From the IMG/VR virus record IMGVR_UViG_3300043418_000120, positions 64,001 to 128,000 of that record: a DNA stretch of 64,000 nucleotides; one strand, 5' to 3'. Of the stretch, positions 58,491 to 64,000 are shown piece by piece (position 1 is the first letter of the stretch; each line of letters opens with the position of its first letter). Below the pieces are notes generated by a model. The model was not told the DNA's origin. It was given only the letters and a program-made list of their open reading frames with translations, and searched no databases. This DNA is from a virus. The translations under genes and the position numbers were made by a program.

Positions 58491-58735
58491 AAGTATTGAA
58501 ATTCCAAGCAAGCTGGTGTGGTCCATGCCAAGCATTGAGTATGACTCTTAATGAGTTGACAGAGCAAGCCATTCTTATCGAACCAGTTGATATTGACGAG
58601 AACATGGAGATGGCTCGTAAGTATGGTGTTCGAAGCGTCCCAACCCTTGTGCTGGTGGATGATGCAGGCACCGAAGTTCGACGTTCTGTGGGAGCCGTTA
58701 CACTAGAGGCTTACAAGGCTTGGCTGGCTGAATAA
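58487..58735 (+). CDS. Thioredoxin
   Basis: WCGPC, VRSVPT. Confidence 0.92.
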   Translation: MKVLKFQASWCGPCQALSMTLNELTEQAILIEPVDIDENMEMARKYGVRSVPTLVLVDDAGTEVRRSVGAVTLEAYKAWLAE

Positions 58736-58742
58736 ATAGTCC

Positions 58743-58771
58743 TTGACATTAATACCGAATACGGGTATAAT
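58743..58771 (+). promoter_or_regulatory. Sigma70-type promoter, likely also drives the tmRNA precursor
   Basis: TTGACA-17-TATAAT. Confidence 0.9.
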
Positions 58772-58795
58772 AGTGTCATGAATAGGAGAAAAGTG

Positions 58796-59098
58796 ATGAA
58801 GAAGTTTCTAGTTTTACTGTTGGTTGGTTTGAGTTTTGCGGCTCAGGCTCAGCATTATCATGGTGATCATTTTCATCGCGGAGCCTACTACAACTGGGCT
58901 GCTCCAGCAATCATTGGTGGTGTTATTGGATACAGTATGGCTCAGCGCCCTACTACTGTAGTTGTCCAACAGCCACCAGTCTACGTTCAACAACAGCCAG
59001 TCTATGTTGATCGTCCAGGTATTCCTTACGGATACCGTTATGAGAATGTATTGGATGCGAACTGTGGCTGCTACCGAGTAGTCCTAGTTCCAAACTAA
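58796..59098 (+). CDS. Secreted Pro/Val-rich small protein
   Basis: Signal peptide ending AQA; QQPPVYV repeats. Confidence 0.7.
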   Translation: MKKFLVLLLVGLSFAAQAQHYHGDHFHRGAYYNWAAPAIIGGVIGYSMAQRPTTVVVQQPPVYVQQQPVYVDRPGIPYGYRYENVLDANCGCYRVVLVPN

Positions 59099-59403
59099 TT
59101 GTTGTAATCCCTTCAAAGCGAAGGACTTCTGGACGCGGGTTCGACTCCCGCCATCTCCACCACAAGCGCATTGGCGTAGTATGAGTACTCTAAAACTCGA
59201 CTGCGAAAATCTTAGTTCTAGTGTGCTTTTGATGGGGATGCCATGGTTTCGACAGGGGTAGATAGTAGAGACGGCAACACGGTAGGCGATGACCGTTAAT
59301 CAAGCAAATCAAAATAAATGCAAACGAAAGTTCATTTTTGATGGCAGCCTAATCGGCACCATCTGAGTTTCGGTGGGTGTACTTGGAAACAGAAACACCT
59401 ACC
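59099..59403 (+). ncRNA. ssrA: Circularly permuted two-piece tmRNA; tag ANESSFLMAA at 59320-59352
   Basis: T-arm and CATCTCCACCA end at 59162 precede GGGGATG...TTTCGAC at 59234; G3-U acceptor pair; ATAAAT-GCA resume context. Confidence 0.9.
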
Positions 59404-59463
59404 ATTATAAATAATTACTTACATCATGAACACACAACTTGATTTACACACACAGGAGTTTAC

Positions 59464-59739
59464 ATGTCAAACATGTCACCGTTCGAAATTCGCCTCGAAC
59501 TATTAAAAATGGCGAAGGAGATGCTCGTCGAGGATTACTACACCAAGAAAGAGCAAATCACAAACAGCTGGGCAACCGCAGTTGACTCAGCAAAGCAGAC
59601 TGGTGCTACGCCACCTGATCATCCAGCGATGCCTGCTTATCCAAGCGAAGCCGAGATTATTGCTAAGGCAACTACTCTCAACGGGTTCGTCTCTCAAATC
59701 CCCACAGCTACACTAGAAAAGACTAAGAAGTCCACCTGA
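59464..59739 (+). CDS. Conserved phage hypothetical protein
   Basis: PFEIRLELLKMAK...YP...EII.KA..L..FVS. Confidence 0.75.
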   Translation: MSNMSPFEIRLELLKMAKEMLVEDYYTKKEQITNSWATAVDSAKQTGATPPDHPAMPAYPSEAEIIAKATTLNGFVSQIPTATLEKTKKST

Positions 59740-59748
59740 TACGGGATC

Positions 59749-59770
59749 GGCGTGTGCCACAGCACACGCC
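59749..59770 (+). other. GC-rich intergenic hairpin
   Basis: GGCGTGTGC-CACA-GCACACGCC. Confidence 0.6.
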
Positions 59771-59792
59771 TTAACTAATTAAGGAGATTGTT

Positions 59793-60326
59793 TTGAAATA
59801 TCTAATTTCAATTCTCATTACCATATCATTGTTTGTTATGTTGCTCTTCTCGACAATTCCGTCAAGAGATATATCAACTGGTATCGTAAGTGTACCTTAC
59901 CAAAATTTGACTGCTTCTGAAAAGAAAGAAGTCGACTGTCTCGCAGATAACATCTGGTATGAGGCTCGTTCCGAACCTAAAGATGGCCAAGTGGCTGTCG
60001 GTCTTGTCACTCTCAACAGAGTCAAGTCTAAGGTGTTCAACAGTAGTGTTTGCGGTGTCGTACATCAAAAAACAAAAACTACTTGTCAATTCACATGGCT
60101 ATGCGAAGGTAAGAAAACTATCACCGCAAAGCAACGTGAACTGTATGAAGATGTCCGTGACATCGCTCTTTATGTATACTTCAATCATGCTGTGATTGAG
60201 GATCTTACTGGAGGGGCTATATACTATCATGCCGATTACGTGTCTCCTGGCTGGAAAAAGCTGAAGAAGACTACGAAGATCGGTCGCCATATCTTTTACA
60301 CCGACCCGAAAGTGACTAACCTATGA
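59793..60326 (+). CDS. SleB-like cell wall hydrolase (Hydrolase_2)
   Basis: CLA.NI.YEAR.E...GQ.AV..V.LNR, CQF.W, YYHADYV.P, IG.HIFY. Confidence 0.9.
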   Translation: MKYLISILITISLFVMLLFSTIPSRDISTGIVSVPYQNLTASEKKEVDCLADNIWYEARSEPKDGQVAVGLVTLNRVKSKVFNSSVCGVVHQKTKTTCQFTWLCEGKKTITAKQRELYEDVRDIALYVYFNHAVIEDLTGGAIYYHADYVSPGWKKLKKTTKIGRHIFYTDPKVTNL

Positions 60327-60883
60327 TGGAAAAACTCAATATCAACCTGAACGCAGGTGGTGATACCAAACAAAACTTCTTGTTGGTAATGGACGAAATT
60401 TCTTTGTCCTCTTGTAAGCAGATGGTCGAATGGATCTTTGCGTGTAACTTCAGCGAAGAGCAGTTTGATATTCTGAACCTTGTTATCTGTAGTCCAGGTG
60501 GCGATCTGAACGCAGCGTTTGCTGTTATCGACACCATGAAGGGCAGCTCTATTCCAATCCGAACTATCGGTCTTGGTCAAATTGCTTCTGCTGGTCTATC
60601 AATCTTCATGGCTGGTACAGCTGGTCAACGTATCCTGACACCAAACACTTCTATCCTCTCGCACCAATACTCATGGGGATCGTTTGGTAAGGAGCATGAA
60701 CTTATTGCTCAGGTGAAAGAATTTGACTTGACTACGAAACGCCTGATCGCGCACTACAAGAAGTGCACTGGTCTTGAAGAAGACGTTATCCGTGAGAAAC
60801 TGTTGCCACCACAGGACGTTTGGCTAAGTGCTGCTGAAGCAAAGAAGCTGGGTGTTTGTGACGTTGTGAAGGACTTATACTAA
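60323..60883 (+). CDS. clpP: ClpP-family serine protease
   Basis: SPGG, IASAG (Ser), SHQ (His), QDVWL (Asp), EA..LG..D. Confidence 0.88.
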   Translation: MMEKLNINLNAGGDTKQNFLLVMDEISLSSCKQMVEWIFACNFSEEQFDILNLVICSPGGDLNAAFAVIDTMKGSSIPIRTIGLGQIASAGLSIFMAGTAGQRILTPNTSILSHQYSWGSFGKEHELIAQVKEFDLTTKRLIAHYKKCTGLEEDVIREKLLPPQDVWLSAAEAKKLGVCDVVKDLY

Positions 60884-61056
60884 TGAAATGGCTCAAGTAC
60901 TCTGGCATCTTCATCACCATTGTTGTCAATCCATTCCATTGGCGACTTGGTCTTGACTATGGTAAAGATGAACTGTGTGGACCAAACAGCTGGACAGGCA
61001 AGTTAAACTTACTGTTCCTTGGTATTCATGTAGTATGGGATGATGGCGACTGGTAA
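60883..61056 (+). CDS. 57-aa hypothetical protein
   Basis: TAATG coupling; NPFHW...DDGDW; not in ORF track. Confidence 0.6.
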   Translation: MKWLKYSGIFITIVVNPFHWRLGLDYGKDELCGPNSWTGKLNLLFLGIHVVWDDGDW

Positions 61057-61068
61057 GCCACCCAAAAG

Positions 61069-61091
61069 AAAAGCCCCTTTCGGGGCTTTTT
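61069..61091. terminator. Bidirectional terminator between convergent genes
   Basis: AAAAGCCCC-TTTC-GGGGCTTTT. Confidence 0.9.
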
Positions 61092-61096
61092 GTCAT

Positions 61097-61627
61097 TTAG
61101 AACCACAACCAAATACCTTGGGTCATCAGTAGTAGGGCTAGTCCACCCACACCCCAAGATCCCCAGTACATTCGCATATCAACTGCGATGATCGATGCAG
61201 ACAACAGCACGATCGCAAGCTGGAACAACATACCAGAGAACGTCAGCCATGGGCTGTGTAGCTTGGCTTCATTACGGGCATCTTTAAGAGCTTGAGCTTT
61301 TGCCAACAATTCTTTCTTACCTTCTTTAGTCTTTGGGTCAGACTCATAACGATCGATCTTCTTTTGTAGCTCTGCTTTACGCTTTGGGTCTTTGGCTTCT
61401 TCGAGCTGTCCCTCAGCAATAGACTGCTTGATAGACTTAGCTTGGAAGAAGCTGTATGTGTCAGACGCTTCGATCAAGTTCGTCATCGCTTGACCACTGA
61501 ACGAGTTAGCATAGTAGGTGTTAAGTGCTAGGAACAGCGCCATCACAACAATCACTAGACCAGCGCGGTCTTTGATAGCAGCTTCGCGTTCGCTGCGTGT
61601 AGGGGTCTTTTTAATTTCTTCTGTCAT
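61097..61627 (-). CDS. DUF4337-like membrane protein
   Basis: FFQAKSIKQ; FQLAIVL.S.S; TM helices. Confidence 0.75.
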   Translation of the reverse strand: MTEEIKKTPTRSEREAAIKDRAGLVIVVMALFLALNTYYANSFSGQAMTNLIEASDTYSFFQAKSIKQSIAEGQLEEAKDPKRKAELQKKIDRYESDPKTKEGKKELLAKAQALKDARNEAKLHSPWLTFSGMLFQLAIVLLSASIIAVDMRMYWGSWGVGGLALLLMTQGIWLWF

Positions 61628-61628
61628 A

Positions 61629-61802
61629 TCATTCCTTCGGTTTCTTAAACCAGTATGTTGTTTGTAGTACACGCATCACTGCGTCGCCTGTTGTGTTGTT
61701 TAGGCGAGCTGCCCACTCAACGAAATAGCACCAATCGCGTTCTGCGTCTTCTTGACCAGAAGCCCATGCTTGGTACATATGTTGTAAGTGACGTGAATCC
61801 AT
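61629..61802 (-). CDS. 57-aa hypothetical protein
   Basis: MDSRHLQHMYQAW...; GAGG RBS; not in ORF track. Confidence 0.55.
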   Translation of the reverse strand: MDSRHLQHMYQAWASGQEDAERDWCYFVEWAARLNNTTGDAVMRVLQTTYWFKKPKE

Positions 61803-61817
61803 GTCAACCTCTCGTAT

Positions 61818-61967
61818 TTATTTGATGAACATCAAGACTTTGGCTGTCACAACTGCGACCCCAACGACCAACATCATGAACACTGCCGCTACTGTTATAA
61901 CGAAGATGGCAGCAAGCCCAACACCATAGCTCAACAGCGTATTCCATTTATTCTTTAGTTCTTGCAT
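61818..61967 (-). CDS. 49-aa hydrophobic protein
   Basis: MQELKNKWNTLLSYGVGLAAIFV...; not in ORF track. Confidence 0.55.
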   Translation of the reverse strand: MQELKNKWNTLLSYGVGLAAIFVITVAAVFMMLVVGVAVVTAKVLMFIK

Positions 61968-61968
61968 G

Positions 61969-62751
61969 TTAGCGCCCTGTCCAAACTTTCGGTGCAGCCT
62001 CTAATCTGCGTTGTTCTTCTGTCTTTGGAATCCACTCTGTTCCAAGCTGTGGATACTTTCTGATACGATCCTCAATAACGAAAGCAATCATTATACCCAC
62101 GGCTGCACATACAACCACTGCAGCGATCCCAATGATCATTTCTGCCCACATTTTCTCTATTCTTTTTCGTCTTCTGATGGCTGCGGAGCGATCATTTCGC
62201 ATCTGTTTTGCAATCAGGACACGCTGGGTAGCGCCCATCTGTTTCATCATCGCTTCTACTTCAGTGTAGAGAGCGCCAAGTTCTGGGGGAGATTGGTACA
62301 CCATCAGCTCGCGAAGGTCAACTGACATCTGTTCTAGCTGCTTACGCATCAGTACGCGCTGAAGAGCACGTTTACCAAGAGAGGCGTCACCAGTGTATAC
62401 TTCGTTTTCGGCGCGTCGCTCTTCTTCTTCCATGATGGCTAGGCACTTATAGAAGTTGTCGTAGTAAGCTCCAAGGTGTTCGCCGATCTCACGGTAGATA
62501 CCCTCGTGTTCGCCAGAGTTGGCCTTCTTGTTTAGCTCAATGACTTCGTTCTTTTGACGAATGTATTGATTCTTCTGCTCTACGGTAGCAGGTTTTTCTG
62601 GTGGGTGGAGCTTGTGGAACTGATCATCAAGGTCTTTGAGAACGTCTTTGACTTCTCCAGCAGCACTCTTGATGTCTTTGTATAGCTTACACCCTGCCTT
62701 GACGGCAGAGACTGCGCCGTTCGCCAGCGCAAAGAGCGTTAATGGATCCAT
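61969..62751 (-). CDS. Coiled-coil protein with C-terminal TM helix
   Basis: MDPLTLFALAN.AV...; late-type CTAAATA on the minus strand at 62784-62790. Confidence 0.7.
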   Translation of the reverse strand: MDPLTLFALANGAVSAVKAGCKLYKDIKSAAGEVKDVLKDLDDQFHKLHPPEKPATVEQKNQYIRQKNEVIELNKKANSGEHEGIYREIGEHLGAYYDNFYKCLAIMEEEERRAENEVYTGDASLGKRALQRVLMRKQLEQMSVDLRELMVYQSPPELGALYTEVEAMMKQMGATQRVLIAKQMRNDRSAAIRRRKRIEKMWAEMIIGIAAVVVCAAVGIMIAFVIEDRIRKYPQLGTEWIPKTEEQRRLEAAPKVWTGR

Positions 62752-62808
62752 TTTCTTCTTATTGTTATCAGGAATCTCGAACATATTTAGGATTGTTCGG
62801 ACTTTGAC

Positions 62809-62837
62809 TTGACATTAATCCAGTGTAGTTGTATAAT
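62809..62837 (+). promoter_or_regulatory. Sigma70 promoter sharing 24 bp with the leftward promoter at 34636-34659
   Basis: TTGACA-17-TATAAT-AACAGTGTTGGGTTT. Confidence 0.8.
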
Positions 62838-62869
62838 AACAGTGTTGGGTTTGATGTTAGGACTAAGTA

Positions 62870-62926
62870 TAACCTTGGAGTCAGTAGGGTTATCTGCTTG
62901 ACATTAAACATGAACTGAGGTATAAT
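62870..62926 (+). promoter_or_regulatory. Palindrome copy 3 (imperfect) plus sigma70 promoter
   Basis: TAACCTTGG-AGTCA-GTAGGGTTA; TTGACA 62898, TATAAT 62921. Confidence 0.8.
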
Positions 62927-62932
62927 TGATCC

Positions 62933-63229
62933 ATGATGAATGAAAGACAAACAGAGGTGATGCGAATCGCCCAAGAAGAGTCAGCTGAAATCATCCAAGC
63001 AATCAGTAAGGTTCTGCGTTTCGGTAAAGACAACTGTCATCCAGACAGCACTCAAACGAACGCTGAGCATCTAGCTGAAGAAGTTGGTGACATGCTGTGT
63101 ATGATCGAACTACTGATCGAAACAAAGGTTGTTAGTGAGAGTCAGGTACAGAAGGCTGCGAGGTTGAAGCGCAATAAACTTCGGAAATGGTCAAAAATAT
63201 TTTCCGAAAAAGATGAAAATTGTGCTTGA
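62933..63229 (+). CDS. MazG-like NTP pyrophosphohydrolase
   Basis: QEE.AE.IQA.SK..RFG...L.EE.GD. Confidence 0.8.
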   Translation: MMNERQTEVMRIAQEESAEIIQAISKVLRFGKDNCHPDSTQTNAEHLAEEVGDMLCMIELLIETKVVSESQVQKAARLKRNKLRKWSKIFSEKDENCA

Positions 63230-63254
63230 CTGTTATAAATAAAAGAGGTATAAT
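63226..63254 (+). promoter_or_regulatory. Sigma70 promoter with nested late promoter
   Basis: TTGACT-17-TATAAT; TATAAATA in the spacer. Confidence 0.8.
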
Positions 63255-63289
63255 AGATACCTCTAAACGAATTAAGGATTTAATCTTCA

Positions 63290-63409
63290 ATGTTACTCTG
63301 TCAAAGTTATCACCAGCCGATGAAAGCCACTTTGTGGTCTGGAGATACACGCACAGCAGTATCATTCGGCTCAAATCCAGAGATTAGTGTAGGGGTGTTA
63401 GAGGTATAA
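63290..63409 (+). CDS. 39-aa putative leader peptide
   Basis: AAGGA upstream; followed by mutually exclusive hairpins. Confidence 0.4.
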   Translation: MLLCQSYHQPMKATLWSGDTRTAVSFGSNPEISVGVLEV

Positions 63410-63434
63410 GAAGTCCAAACTTCAAACCAAAGCG

Positions 63435-63465
63435 CCCCAAGAGATGAAAGTCCTTGGGGTTTTTT
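63435..63465 (+). terminator. Rho-independent terminator, possibly an attenuator
   Basis: CCCCAAG..GAAA..CTTGGGG-TTTTTT. Confidence 0.85.
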
Positions 63466-63480
63466 GTTTTGTAGCTTGAA

Positions 63481-63752
63481 TAACCTTACAGTTCGTAAGG
63501 TTATCGCTTGACAATAAATTGAATGTCAGGTATAATTGATGTTCTGATGTTGATAAGGTGCTAAAGTTAAAGACCCTACGGTTCGTAAGGTTACTAAAAT
63601 TAGTGCTTGACTTAATTGATGACTTCAGTTATAATTGAGGTTCTGATGTGATGTGCTAAGATTGAAGTGCGAAAATTGCTGAATTGCTATGAACTTCGAA
63701 AATAGTGCTTGACATTATAACAGAAATAAGGTATAATTCTTAGTTCTGATGT
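63481..63752 (+). promoter_or_regulatory. Tandem array of three sigma70 promoters with palindrome copies 4 and 5
   Basis: -35/-10 at 63508/63531, 63607/63630, 63709/63732, each followed by GTTCTGATGT; palindromes at 63481-63503 and 63571-63593. Confidence 0.85.
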
Positions 63753-63775
63753 TCTTTAAAAATTTATCGCCATGT

Positions 63776-63850
63776 GCACGATTCGTCTATCGGTTAGGAC
63801 GCTGCCCTTTCAAGGCGGAAAGACGAGTTCGATTCTCGTATCGTGTACCA
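63776..63850 (+). tRNA. tRNA-Glu (UUC)
   Basis: GCACGAT/ATCGTGT acceptor stem, CTGCC-CT-TTC-AA-GGCGG anticodon arm, TTCGA T-loop, encoded CCA. Confidence 0.92.
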
Positions 63851-64000
63851 TATTAAAGCGTATTGGGTTACCAATACCAGTAGGTGGCTATGATGGTTCG
63901 AAGATGCTCGACGGAGCACGCTGTCATAGTTACAAGAAAGACGGAAACGCCCTTGCGGTGGAAACAGTAGTCGCGCTGGATTAGGTTGGCTTGTAATGTG

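Noticed and set aside
59127-59162. Stand-alone tRNA or tRNA-derived attachment site
   Set aside because: No D or anticodon arm upstream; explained as the acceptor piece of the permuted tmRNA; no integrase seen
63481-63752. CRISPR-like mini-array
   Set aside because: Repeats are promoter elements with degenerate units; no constant repeat-spacer period and no cas genes
63772-63984. 70-aa ORF at the window end
   Set aside because: Overlaps tRNA-Glu and structured RNA
1-64000. Alternative genetic code
   Set aside because: Core genes are full length under the standard bacterial code

Overview
A 64-kb segment of a large lytic T4-like myovirus. The gene order (gp45-gp44-gp62-regA-hsp20-gp43-uvsX-gp41, later primase-thyX-nrdAB, rnh-cd-ligase, phoH) resembles marine and freshwater T4-like phages. 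A proteobacterial host, possibly betaproteobacterial, is inferred rather than shown. Almost all genes lie on the + strand, driven by about 18 near-consensus sigma70 promoters (TTGACA-17-TATAAT) and T4-type late promoters ((C/A)TAAATA). Best second-look items: (1) a TET/JBP-family dioxygenase and a GT-B glycosyltransferase right after the helicase, the latter ending in the same sliding-clamp motif as the DNA polymerase, suggesting replisome-coupled DNA hypermodification, together with an apparent absence of CCGG from the whole window; (2) a translation-rescue set made of a circularly permuted two-piece tmRNA (tag ANESSFLMAA), a nearby ClpP, and an unannotated 50-aa ArfA-like ORF; (3) a late cluster of proteins with T4 internal-protein-like capsid-targeting N-termini, including an RNA-ligase-like nucleotidyltransferase and HxGH nucleotidyltransferases, next to Dps and a protease-segmented polyprotein; (4) a GNAT plus two PP-loop enzymes plus a small peptide; (5) non-coding signals: a pseudoknotted RNA before hsp20, a five-copy 23-bp palindrome before promoters, a 24-bp inverted promoter repeat 28 kb apart, and an attenuator-like leader before a tRNA-Glu. 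All assignments come from reading motifs by eye; no searches were run.
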